Source: Opitutales bacterium
GTDB lineage: Bacteria > Verrucomicrobiota > Verrucomicrobiia > Opitutales > PNEW01
Length of the DNA stretch: 64,000 bases
Assembly (NCBI GenBank): GCA_965197745.1
Contig: CBDANS010000006.1
Location: 512,001-576,000 of the forward strand
Reading direction: 5' to 3'
The position numbers and the translations under genes were made by a program. The notes below the pieces were generated by a model, which had not been told where the DNA came from, ran no database searches, and worked only from the letters and a program-made list of their open reading frames with translations. Shown one piece after another: positions 10,393 through 19,910 of the stretch; within the stretch, counting starts at the first letter, position 1; every line of letters begins with the position of its first letter.

Positions 10393-11144
10393 CTAAGTGC
10401 TTTCAGCTAATTCATTTCGTCGCTGTAGAGCTGATTGTTTATCCAGTAATGGCCTTTCTCGACCCATAAGGTGTATCAACCATAACTTTGAACGTTCCAT
10501 CACATGCATCACAGCCCACACGATAGGTAAAAGTGAAGTCGGAGCGGAGATATAACCATATTCACTCATAAGCGGACCTAAAGTACGTTCAACCGACCAA
10601 GCTTCACGAAGAGATAAATTGTTTCGATAAATACCAATGCGTGAAGTTGTCAGTGGCTGTTGAGTTAAACTTTTCCACTCATGTTCAACTCTTAGATAGC
10701 CAGGTTCTGTCCTATTTGTGAATTCCAACATCGTGGGTTCGTAAATCTCATCGAGAAATTCGCAAATACGCTTCAATTCTTCTTCAGGGTGTTTTAACAA
10801 TTTCTCATATTGGACAGTGTGTAAGCGTTGACTTCCTAGCTCTTCCGAAAGATCTGAAAGTTTTTGCAGTGCTTGCTGGCAAAATTCTGCGGCCCTTATA
10901 GCCGATTTAGCGGTCCACCAATATTGACTGCGTAACGAAGCTACCACATCGCGAGGATCTCGATAAATATGAATGAATTTTGCATCAGGAAATAGTTCTA
11001 AAATGCGGTGAGCACATGTACCATAATAAGGTGTATTGTCACCAAACCTTATATTATCACCGCTTTTTGGAGATATCTGTTGTAGTATGTGAAGATAGAT
11101 GTCTCGTGTGGATCGTAATCCGGATCGCACCGCAGTATCAAATC
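10393..11144 (-). pseudogene. Sulfotransferase family protein, 5'-truncated by IS3
   Basis: FPDAKFIHIYRDPRDVVAS (3'-PB motif), QYEKLL; frame runs into the IS3 IRL at 11145 and the 5'-PSB loop is absent. Confidence 0.85.
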
Positions 11145-12494
11145 TGGAGTGACCCCCAAAAATGGTATCATTAACAGAGAGAGGTTATCGGGATAAACAG
11201 ATAACCTCATGAAAAGAAAAAGATACACAACAGAACAGATCATCGCAATACTGCGGCAAGCCGATACCGGAAAAACGGTAGAGGAAATCTGCCGAGGCAA
11301 CAACGTGAGTGAACAGACCTTCTATCGCTGGGGTAAAAAGTATGGCAATTTGGAACTAGCCGATGCGAAGCGATTTAAAGAGCTGGAAAAAGAAAACACC
11401 GAGTTGAAGAAGATGCTCGCTGATCAAATGCTTAAGAATCAGGTAATGGAGGAAACGCTGTCAAAAAAGTGGTGAGCCCCAAGCAGAAGAAGCGAGTAGT
11501 AAAAGATGCGGCTGAGAGAGGGCTGTGCTCGTTGCGAAGGGCTTGTTCCTACCTCAGCCTCAGTTGGTCAACTTTCAGCTACCAGCCCAAGCAGGCCAGT
11601 AAGAAAGCTCAGCGGTTGGCCGAGCGGATTATAACCCTGTCCTGGGAACATCCCTGCTACGGTTACCGGCGCATCCGTGCCTTGCTCGTAAAGGAAGGCT
11701 GGACAACAAACAGGAAGTTTGTTCAGGCGGTACGACGTTCAGAAGGGTTGCAGGTAAAGCCACCTAAAAAGCGTAGACACCGTCAAGGGGTCTCTACGGG
11801 GTCGCCTACTAAAGCAACCGGTCGCAATCACCTTTGGTCCTGGGACTTTGTCCATGATCGCACAGACCATGGCGGTCCATTAAAGATGATGACTCTGATC
11901 GATGTACCGAGGAGCTGAAAGCGACGACACTCAAGCGAAGCGAAGCCATATACGCGTGAATGTCTGGATATCCGGGTAGCTCGTCAACTCCCCTCATCGG
12001 ATGTCCTCTCTGTGCTTAGCGAGGCCATTGAAAAGGAGGGAGCTCCCAGCTATATCCGTAGTGACAACGGCAGTGTTCCGAGGAGCGAAGCGACGACATG
12101 CGAAGCCATTCATTGCTCATCAAGTGCAGCAGTCGTTGTCCGACAAAAAGATCAAGGCGATATATATCGATCCGGGCAGTCCCTGGCAAAACGGTTTCAT
12201 CGAGTCGTTTCACAACCGCTTACGCGATGAGTGTTTGAACCGTGAAGTGTTGCTCAGCGTGGCTGAAGCACAAGTTGTAATCGAACAATGGCGCCAGACC
12301 TATAACCATGATCATCCCCACAGTCGATTAGGCTTTAAAAGCCCACAAGAGTTTGTCACATTCCTTTCAGATCCTGGCCGCGTTCGGGCTACGCCCTCAC
12401 TTCGCCAAGATCTCTCATATACATCAATCCTAAAACCATTAATACCCGGGAACTCTCTCACTTAATAATTGGTACGAAAAACGGGGTCCAATCA
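11145..12494 (+). mobile_element. IS3-family element lineage A, copy 1 (orfA 11209-11475; orfB interrupted by two micro-insertions)
   Basis: TG...CA ends TGGAGTGACCCCCAAAAA / ACGGGGTCCAATCA; A6G slippery site at orfA/orfB; WSWDF, SDNG, PGSPWQNGFIESFH motifs. Confidence 0.93.
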
Positions 12495-12606
12495 CAAGGA
12501 TTGAAAGTAACGATGGGCTCTATGTTAGTTTCTTTCGGCGTGAGCAGAAGAACAGAAGTAAAGCCTACAGAACTTTGAATAAAATCAAAGAATTCGCAGT
12601 CTGATT
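12495..12606 (+). mobile_element. RAYT-derived MITE copy 4, right half only
   Basis: CAAGGATTGAAAGTAACG...GAATTCGCAGTCTGA directly abutting the IS3 IRR. Confidence 0.78.
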
Positions 12607-12665
12607 CTTTACGTTTGACCCTAACCCGTGCGCGCACAAACTATATTGTGTGGGAAAGACAAAAT

Positions 12666-13766
12666 TTAGTCTCCCAAGTCAAAAGATGTTTTTAGCTTTT
12701 GCTCTCGTTCAAATCTCTCAATAGCTAGCTGAATAAGTCGATCGATAAGTTCGGTGTAGGATATACCGCTTTCTTGCCACAGGCGCGGATACATACTGAT
12801 TTTTGTGAACCCAGGGATCGTATTTATCTCACTCACAACAAGGTCGCCACTTTCCTTCAAGAAGAAGTCTACTCGACCCAATCCTTCACACTCCAATACC
12901 TGAAAAGTCTTAATTCCCAATTCTTGAATCTTTTTCTTCACTTCCCCCGAGACTTCTGCGGGTATTATTAAAGCCGCTCCATTTTCGTCGATATATTTTG
13001 CTTCGTATGAATAAAATTCATGACTGGTTAGGATCTCGCCAGGAATTGAGGCAATTGGATTTTCATTACCAAGCACGGAGCACTCTATCTCTCGACCGAC
13101 AATAGCTTCTTCTACAAGAATTTTTAAATCGTATTGGAAAGCATCAAAAATAGCTTTTTCAAATTCCTCCTTATCCTTCACTTTGCTCACCCCTACTGAA
13201 GAACCGAGGTTTGCGGGTTTGATAAACACAGGCATGCCGAGTTCCTCACTTACTTTCTCAAAGCTAACGTCGTCGTTTTTCTTAAAAACAAGAAACTTCG
13301 CTACCGGAATTCCAGCACCTCTTAAAAGACGCTTCATTATGTCCTTATCCATGCCGATCGCAGAACCCAACACGCTGGCTCCTACAAAAGGAATATTGGC
13401 AAGCTTGAGAAGTCCTTGCACTGTTCCGTCTTCGCCAAATGGTCCGTGGAGAATCGGAAAAATCACATCTATCAATGTATCTGCTCGGTGCGTAGTGAGA
13501 TTTGAAATCTGACCATCGCTTTGCGGAGTAAGTGCAACATTGTCATATGACTTGTTGAGTTTAATAAGTTTGGGGTTATCACTATTTAGTAAAGGATTTT
13601 GGGTCACGCCGAGGAGCCATCTGCCATTCTTGTTTATGCCAATTGGTACAACCTCATACTTTTCCTTATCAATCGCATCAATGACATTTTTTGCTGACTG
13701 CAAAGACACTTCGTGTTCTGCGGATTTGCCGCCAATAAGTATTCCAACTCGAATTTTCGTTTTCAT
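12666..13766 (-). CDS. ddl: D-alanine--D-alanine ligase (DdlA type)
   Basis: GGKSAEHEVSLQSA, FPILHGPFGEDGTVQG, KPANLGSSVG, FYSYEAKY, EINTIPGFT. Confidence 0.95.
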   Translation of the reverse strand: MKTKIRVGILIGGKSAEHEVSLQSAKNVIDAIDKEKYEVVPIGINKNGRWLLGVTQNPLLNSDNPKLIKLNKSYDNVALTPQSDGQISNLTTHRADTLIDVIFPILHGPFGEDGTVQGLLKLANIPFVGASVLGSAIGMDKDIMKRLLRGAGIPVAKFLVFKKNDDVSFEKVSEELGMPVFIKPANLGSSVGVSKVKDKEEFEKAIFDAFQYDLKILVEEAIVGREIECSVLGNENPIASIPGEILTSHEFYSYEAKYIDENGAALIIPAEVSGEVKKKIQELGIKTFQVLECEGLGRVDFFLKESGDLVVSEINTIPGFTKISMYPRLWQESGISYTELIDRLIQLAIERFEREQKLKTSFDLGD

Positions 13767-13901
13767 AAGTACTTGGTATTCAAAACTCAAATTTTAACAA
13801 AAGTTATAAAGCTGATAGAGCAATACCTCTACCTGCATAATACTTGAGAAATTTTAAAGTCGATAACTTGTGGTTTTCTTGGGTGTTCAGTTAGTTGATA
13901 A

Positions 13902-13992
13902 GGGGTCAGGCTCGGCATGTGAACTGTCGTCCCGCAGTTTCGGGACTCGGTACTGGCATTTTACTATTTTACCGGAATGCAGGGCCTGACCC
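13902..13992. repeat. REP-like inverted doublet GGGGTCAGGC...GCCTGACCC
   Basis: Ends share GGGTCAG with the MITE TIR; internal GTCCCG/CGGGAC hairpin. Confidence 0.65.
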
Positions 13993-13999
13993 ATTTTAC

Positions 14000-14539
14000 T
14001 TATTTGTAATCTTCGCGCAATATAGAATACACAGCTAGATCTTCATATATTCCATCTTTAATTACCTGTTGTCTTAGCGTTCCCTCATACTTCATGCCAG
14101 ACTTAGACATAACACGACCAGATGCTGGATTTCTTGTGAAATGATGTGCGTGTATTTTGTTCAACTTAATTTTTTCAAATCCATATTGTATCAATGCAAT
14201 CGAAGCTTCAGTCCAATATCCTTTGTTCCAATATTTTCTGCCAATCCAATAACCCAATTCGGCCCGTCTGTGAGAATTATTTATACCTAAACTAATGCAA
14301 CCAATTAAACCGTCGTCTTTATTAGTTATAGCAAATGCAACGCCCTTACCGTTTGCACATTCTGTTTCCAGCATTCCGATCCATTGCTCAGCTATGCCAT
14401 CTTCATAAGGATGAGGAACAGTCAGTGTTGTTGACGCTATCTCTTTGTCTCCAGCTAATTCCTGCACTCGGTTAGCGTCGCTCAAAAGAAATGGTCGAAG
14501 AATCAACCTCGTTGTCTTCAGAATTGGTAAATTACTCAT
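14000..14539 (-). CDS. GNAT acetyltransferase, RimJ/RimL type
   Basis: LKTTRLILRPF, AELGYWIGRKYWNKGY, NPASGRVMSKSGMKYEG. Confidence 0.92.
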   Translation of the reverse strand: MSNLPILKTTRLILRPFLLSDANRVQELAGDKEIASTTLTVPHPYEDGIAEQWIGMLETECANGKGVAFAITNKDDGLIGCISLGINNSHRRAELGYWIGRKYWNKGYWTEASIALIQYGFEKIKLNKIHAHHFTRNPASGRVMSKSGMKYEGTLRQQVIKDGIYEDLAVYSILREDYK

Positions 14540-14592
14540 GAATTAAGTAACCTAAACTAACATACTGGCAGTTTAAGTATTTTTATTTGGAA

Positions 14593-14648
14593 GGGCTCAG
14601 GCTTCGCAACTCAACATTTTTATTTTTTGCTGAAATGCGAAGCCTGAC
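14593..14648. repeat. REP-like doublet TCAGGCTTCGCA...TGCGAAGCCTGA
   Basis: 12-bp inverted repeat; near-identical copy at 18908-18964. Confidence 0.7.
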
Positions 14649-14674
14649 TTCTTTTGTCTTATTTAAAGTACTTT

Positions 14675-15286
14675 CTATAATGAAGAGCCTGGCCACTGCA
14701 CTCGCCAACACTCACCACTGACTGTGAGTACGAACGGCTTTGCGTGGGGAAGTGGCTTTCCCCACAATGCCGGGCCATTGTGGCAGAGGGTGCTAACGCC
14801 GACTGTCAGACTAGCTACATGACCGACTACGATAGCAAGACTATCGTGGCATCTCGCGCCGATCTCATTGAACACATTCTTCATGCGCAAAGTGACTTCA
14901 TGGCCGGTTTCCCCATCCGTGAGCCGAGCGCTCAGATTCCCATAAACTATCCATTGTCGAAGTATGTCAACTGCCAAGCCCGGTTTTCTCAGCTCGCGAT
15001 CGCTTCCCCCCATTAAGGCCTCGGCTAGGGCCGGGACAACTTCGATCTGCACCCCTAAATACGAAGCGATTATCGCTCCAGTCTGGCTTGAGCGAAGAGC
15101 CTCGCTGACAAAGACCTTCAGTGGCTTCTTCCTCAGCAACCGGTGAGCGGCTTCATTGGCCTGCCGGTGTCCTCGTTGAGTCAACGGAGGATCCAGTAGC
15201 ACGCTACCGCCTACGGTGCCGCGCGATGAATCCCGGATAGGAGGCTCGGACTCTGCGTGTCGGAGGCAAATCAGTTGGGCGTTCAC
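14675..15286 (-). CDS. Histidine phosphatase (phosphoglycerate mutase-like) family protein
   Basis: LRHAES catalytic motif, PLTQRGHRQA, VVGH. Confidence 0.85.
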   Translation of the reverse strand: MNAQLICLRHAESEPPIRDSSRGTVGGSVLLDPPLTQRGHRQANEAAHRLLRKKPLKVFVSEALRSSQTGAIIASYLGVQIEVVPALAEALMGGSDRELRKPGLAVDILRQWIVYGNLSARLTDGETGHEVTLRMKNVFNEIGARCHDSLAIVVGHVASLTVGVSTLCHNGPALWGKPLPHAKPFVLTVSGECWRVQWPGSSL

Positions 15287-15433
15287 GCAATAGATCCCTT
15301 ACTCACGGAGCCGCTGTTACCGAGAACCTGAGATCGGCGGCTCGTGCTCCGAGATGTCAATGACCGCGGGGGTGTTGCCGGTGGCCTGTATTCCCTCGGC
15401 GGCGCGCTTGTCACGTTGGCCACGTCAACCTCG

Positions 15434-17002
15434 TTAGACTTCGTCTTTGCCCATTTGTTCAACAATGTACTCGGCTTGCCGGATAGCAAGAGTCACAATC
15501 GTTAACGTAGGGTTTTCTCCCCCTCCCGTAGTAAATTGGCTGCCATCCGAGATGAACAAATTAGCAATGTCGTGTGCCTGCCCCCATTTGTTCACCACAC
15601 CGTCGCTAGGCTTCTCGCTCATGCGATTAGTTCCCAGGTTATGGGTTGAGGGATAGGGTGGTGTCTCAATGGTGCGTATGGCGCCTACTGCTTCGTACAG
15701 CGCACAGCCCTGTTTATACGCATGGTTTCGCATAGCCAGGTCGTTGGCGTGATCGTCATAGTGGACGTTGGGGATAGGTAAACCAAACTGGTCTTTCTCG
15801 CTGGGGTGAAGCGTTATCCGATTGTTTTCCCGCGGCATATCCTCGCCGATTAACCATATCCCCGCCATGTGATCATACTGATCTATGAGCTCGGTGAACT
15901 CACGGCCCCATGCCCCAGGGTTAAGGAAAGCAGCCAAGAAGGGTAGACCCAGGGAGATGGTTTCGATGTGATACCCGCCCACAAAACCACGGGACGGATC
16001 ATTGCGGGATTCGTCCTCGACAATGCCGGCCATGGTTGTGCCGCGGTACATGTTGACCTCTTTGTCAAAGATGGCATAGACCGATCCGGTCATATGGCGC
16101 ATATAATTCCGCCCTACCTGTCCAGACGAGTTAGCTAGGCCATCCGGGAACTTATTCGAGGCAGAGTTGAGAAGCAGGCGAGGGCTTTCAATCGAGTTGC
16201 CAGCAACGCAAACCACACGGGCCTTCTGCTCAACCTGGTTACCGTCTTTGTCCGCATAGAGCACGCCAGAGACCTTACCCTGGTCGTTGTGAAGAATTTG
16301 CAGCGCTTGGCTCTGGGGCCGTAAATCGAGCTTGCCGGTGGATTCAGCCTTGGGAATTTCCGTATACAGGGTTGACCACTTGGCGCCCATCTTGCAGCCC
16401 TGGAAGCAGAAACCCAACTGCATACACGAGCTGCGTCCGTCACGCGGTTGAGAGTTAATGGCCATATTGCCGGTATGAACCTTTTTGTAACCCAGACGCT
16501 TGGCGCCAGCGGCCAATACCTTATAATTGTTACTGCCGGGTAAGCGGGGGATGCCATGGGTTCCGGTAACGCCCAGCTTATTCTCGGCTCGGTCATAATA
16601 GGGTTCCAGGTCAGCCAGACTGATGGGCCAGTCAAGCAAGGTTGCACCCGCGACGTTGCTATAAGCGGTCCGGGCTTTGAACTCATGTTCTTTAAAACGT
16701 AAGGAAGCGCCCGCCCAGTGAACCGTGGTTCCCCCAACGGCTTTGACAATCCAGGCTGGCAGGTTAGGAAAATCCTTGGCCACACGCCAGGAGCCCGAGG
16801 TTGTTCGCTTGTCAAGCCAGGCGGTCTTGTTAAACATCTGCCACTCGTCATTGTCAAAATCCTTTATTTCAATGCGCTTGCCCGCCTCAAGAAGAACTAC
16901 GTTGACCCCCTTCTGGCATAGCTCATTGGCTAGGGTCCCACCGCCAGCACCAGAGCCAATAATGACAACAACGCTGTCATCCTTAAGATCATATTGGGCC
17001 AT
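15434..17002 (-). CDS. GMC family oxidoreductase (flavoprotein subunit)
   Basis: IIGSGAGGG FAD motif, GGTTVHW, ESPRLLLNS, HNLGTNRM, NPTLTI. Confidence 0.93.
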   Translation of the reverse strand: MAQYDLKDDSVVVIIGSGAGGGTLANELCQKGVNVVLLEAGKRIEIKDFDNDEWQMFNKTAWLDKRTTSGSWRVAKDFPNLPAWIVKAVGGTTVHWAGASLRFKEHEFKARTAYSNVAGATLLDWPISLADLEPYYDRAENKLGVTGTHGIPRLPGSNNYKVLAAGAKRLGYKKVHTGNMAINSQPRDGRSSCMQLGFCFQGCKMGAKWSTLYTEIPKAESTGKLDLRPQSQALQILHNDQGKVSGVLYADKDGNQVEQKARVVCVAGNSIESPRLLLNSASNKFPDGLANSSGQVGRNYMRHMTGSVYAIFDKEVNMYRGTTMAGIVEDESRNDPSRGFVGGYHIETISLGLPFLAAFLNPGAWGREFTELIDQYDHMAGIWLIGEDMPRENNRITLHPSEKDQFGLPIPNVHYDDHANDLAMRNHAYKQGCALYEAVGAIRTIETPPYPSTHNLGTNRMSEKPSDGVVNKWGQAHDIANLFISDGSQFTTGGGENPTLTIVTLAIRQAEYIVEQMGKDEV

Positions 17003-17016
17003 GGCTCACTCCCCTC

Positions 17017-17544
17017 CTATTCTTCTGGTAACCACCCTATATCGTTAAAACCGCGGTTAAAGTATCCGCCAAACTTCCACGAAGGACCCTCATAGCCAAA
17101 GTGCCGCCACACCAACGGTTGATTGTAGAGCCCGGTAATAATGGACCCCCGCACGGTCTGGAAAAACGGCGTGGTATCCATGCTTTGTAAAGCCTTGAGT
17201 TTGTAACCACCACTTATGTCCAACCACTTCACCTGGTATACGGAGTCCAGTGAGGCTACGCCGTTCTTCAGTAACTTGGCTAAATCAGGGTCGGCTTTTG
17301 CCTTCTCATCAAACCCCTCGACAATTTTGGCGTAGTAGGCGTCGCCAATTTCGTCGTGCGGGTAGAGGTAACGGCATACTGTTATCAGAGTGGCTGCGGT
17401 ATGCTTGTCCAGGGTTGTTGAGGGTATGGCCCAAGCCTTGCTGGGATCCAATAGCACCCCCGTACTGCCAGCAACAGCCGCGCCGGTGACAGCAAGACTA
17501 CTTGTCTGCAAAAATTGACGGCGATTCATGCCCTTCTTACTCAT
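17017..17544 (-). CDS. Tat-exported gluconate 2-dehydrogenase subunit 3-like protein
   Basis: NRRQFL twin-arginine signal; LYPH...FFQTVR...GYEGPS; directly upstream of the GMC gene. Confidence 0.85.
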   Translation of the reverse strand: MSKKGMNRRQFLQTSSLAVTGAAVAGSTGVLLDPSKAWAIPSTTLDKHTAATLITVCRYLYPHDEIGDAYYAKIVEGFDEKAKADPDLAKLLKNGVASLDSVYQVKWLDISGGYKLKALQSMDTTPFFQTVRGSIITGLYNQPLVWRHFGYEGPSWKFGGYFNRGFNDIGWLPEE

Positions 17545-17868
17545 TGATGAACCTGGTCGGACCTCGTTATTCGTACCAATTATTAAGTGAGAGAGTTACC
17601 GGGTGTTAATGGTTTTAGGATTGATGTATATGAGAGATATTGGCGAAGTGAAGGTGTAGCCCGAACTGTTGTAGAATTGCTCAATGTCTGAAATGTCGTC
17701 GCTCATGGATGTATTCAAATGCCAAGATATACCAACAGGCTTTTAAGATTGCCTACGCTACTTAGATATAAAGTCAAAAGGTTAAAATCGCAAATGCCCC
17801 TACAGCTTAGCATTGTCGAGCGTCAGATCGCGATGAGAGCGTTTTGATGGGTTGGGGCAGGAGTGACC

Positions 17869-18639
17869 TTAGAAATAGGTGTTAGTATCAAGTCCCATAT
17901 CACGATGCTGCTTCTTAGCGGCTTCAGCTTGTCGTCTCTTCGCTTCCTCGTCAACTCTACAACTCACGCCTTCGAAATTCATGGCAAAAGCTCGACGATG
18001 TCGGGTTGCTGAACGGTTCGGATCTGCACGGTGAATGATTTCTCCATGATGGACGACGGCATCACCCGGTTGCATTTGTACAACCACCTCCATCCCTTCA
18101 TCTTTAAGGCCGTAATCAGTGATGCCCTGAGAAAAACCAAGGATCGATGTCACTGCATGCGGTCGAATACCGAGAAGGTGAGAGCCGGGGATGTAGCGTA
18201 AACACCCATTCTCTTCTTCAACAGGGTCAATGGCCATCCAGACCGAAGCAACATTAGGGGGATTAAGCTTAAAATAATAGTTATCCTGATGAGGTGGTGT
18301 GCGATGATCTGTTTTTGGCGGTTTGTTAAACCACAAGGGTCCCTCCGTATGGGCTTCCTCACCAATCAAGGTACTGGCAAGTTTATTCCACTTGGAATGG
18401 CTCCGGTACTCCTCGAAGTACGGTTCAAATTTTGCCATGTGCTCCATTTGCTTCAGGGTCTCGGGCTGTGACTTGTCCTGGTAAAAGGCGACTGTGTCTG
18501 GAACTGATGGTACCACCTCGCGGATAAAGCGCTCGACAATCTCGAACAGCGGCTCGTATTCATCTGGCGAAAGAAAGTTTCGCACTACAGCAAATCCATC
18601 ACGATCGTAGTTCTCTTTATATTGCGTATAATCGTCCAT
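17869..18639 (-). CDS. Phytanoyl-CoA dioxygenase (PhyH) family Fe(II)/2OG enzyme
   Basis: DGFAVVRNFLS, TPPHQDN, NGCLRYIPGSH, HRADPNRS. Confidence 0.92.
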   Translation of the reverse strand: MDDYTQYKENYDRDGFAVVRNFLSPDEYEPLFEIVERFIREVVPSVPDTVAFYQDKSQPETLKQMEHMAKFEPYFEEYRSHSKWNKLASTLIGEEAHTEGPLWFNKPPKTDHRTPPHQDNYYFKLNPPNVASVWMAIDPVEEENGCLRYIPGSHLLGIRPHAVTSILGFSQGITDYGLKDEGMEVVVQMQPGDAVVHHGEIIHRADPNRSATRHRRAFAMNFEGVSCRVDEEAKRRQAEAAKKQHRDMGLDTNTYF

Positions 18640-18818
18640 TTCTAGTCCTGCTTATTTTTATCAATCTTTAACTGCCAATAAGAAAGCCGGTATCCAGAGG
18701 TGGATCTCATAGCGCACAAAAATTAGAGTCAATAGTATTACCTCTACGCAGTGGAGGAGATTTTTCTCCGAGGGGAATCAGTATCAGTAATAGTCCTGGC
18801 AGAGGACAGTAATCTCGA

Positions 18819-18897
18819 GTGCCGCGCGATGAATCCCAGATAGGAGGCTCGGACTCTGCGTGTCGGAGGCAAATCAGTTGGGCGTTCACGCAATAGA
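18819..18897 (-). repeat. 79-bp duplicate of the 5' end of the histidine phosphatase gene (15216-15294)
   Basis: Direct alignment with one mismatch (CCCAGA vs CCCGGA). Confidence 0.9.
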
Positions 18898-18907
18898 GGA
18901 GTCTAAA

Positions 18908-18964
18908 GGGGTCAGGCTTCGCAACTCAACATTTTTATTTTTTGCTAAAATGCGTCCCCTGACC
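18908..18964. repeat. REP-like doublet, second copy of 14593-14648
   Basis: GGGGTCAGGCTTCGCAACTCAACATTTTTATTTTTTGCT...CCTGACC. Confidence 0.7.
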
Positions 18965-18986
18965 GCTTAGATTATGACGGGTGAAC

Positions 18987-19910
18987 CTATCCAATGTTTT
19001 CATGTAAGAATTTTAGAACACGGTTCCAGGCATCAATACCAGCTTTAGATACATCCTTTGGGATACCTCCGAACTGGACTGACTCCTTACTAACAGGATG
19101 AATAACTTCCAGAACTGTTGTTGGAAAGAGTCCTACCGGAATGCTATGTCCAACGTTTTCGTAAGCTATATGTTTAAAGTAAAAAGGATGATCGTGTTCA
19201 TTTAACCGGAATATGGATACGTCTGAAAAAAACCTGGAAGACCAGATTCGGTCATCTTTCCCCGAGAAAAGTAGTATTGGTCCATTGATATTTTCCACGG
19301 GAATTATAGAAGCGCCCAAATCAGGATGTTCTTTCATAAAGGACGTATAGCCAGGCACACCACCGTCATTCCCGCTTATAACTAGTCCATCTTTGTATTT
19401 TTCTTGTAGTTCTTGTGAGTAATAAGGAATCGCTTCCCCTTTATATGTCCAAGCAGGTCTTACTTCTGGCGAGGATCCAAAGCCTCCAAATGTGATGCCA
19501 CTTGGAACATAACTAACAACTGCTTTAATGCTTGGATATCGGCTTCCCAGAATAAGCGCCAGTTCACCACCTCGGGATTTACCCACTACGCCGATTCTTT
19601 CACCATCAACAGGTTTCTGTTTTTTTAGCCAATCAATAGCATTTTCGAAATACTCCAAAGGAATATCATAGAGCTCATCTGGCAGGTTTTTTTCTTTAAA
19701 ATACGCTAGTGACAGAGCGGCAATTCCACGAGATGCTATGAGTTCAGATGGGAAATCATTATGCCCACCACCGGACCTTTCTAGAAATATTATAGCACCA
19801 AACGGGCCTTGCCCTTCAGGAATAAAGAGTGTCCCAACGAGACCGCTTTCTTTTACCGGTATTCTTGTAACTTCCGGACTTATTCTCAATCGTGAGATAG
19901 TTTTCGAAAT
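18987..19910 (-). pseudogene. Acyl-CoA thioesterase/BAAT-like alpha/beta hydrolase, 5'-truncated by IS3
   Basis: GLVGTLFIP, IPLEYFENAIDWL, GKSRGGELAL nucleophile motif; the ORF-track N-terminus is IS-derived. Confidence 0.85.

Noticed and set aside
11905..12107. Micro-inserts as group I/II introns or captured CRISPR spacers
   Set aside because: Far too short for ribozyme cores, and they are conserved between sites rather than unique.
5352..12606. Recurrent repeats considered as a CRISPR array
   Set aside because: Units are about 190 bp and kb apart, with no repeat-spacer periodicity and no cas genes.
12666..13766. Possible Van-type glycopeptide resistance ligase
   Set aside because: Sequence is DdlA-like with the Tyr-containing loop, and no vanH/vanX/vanRS neighbours.
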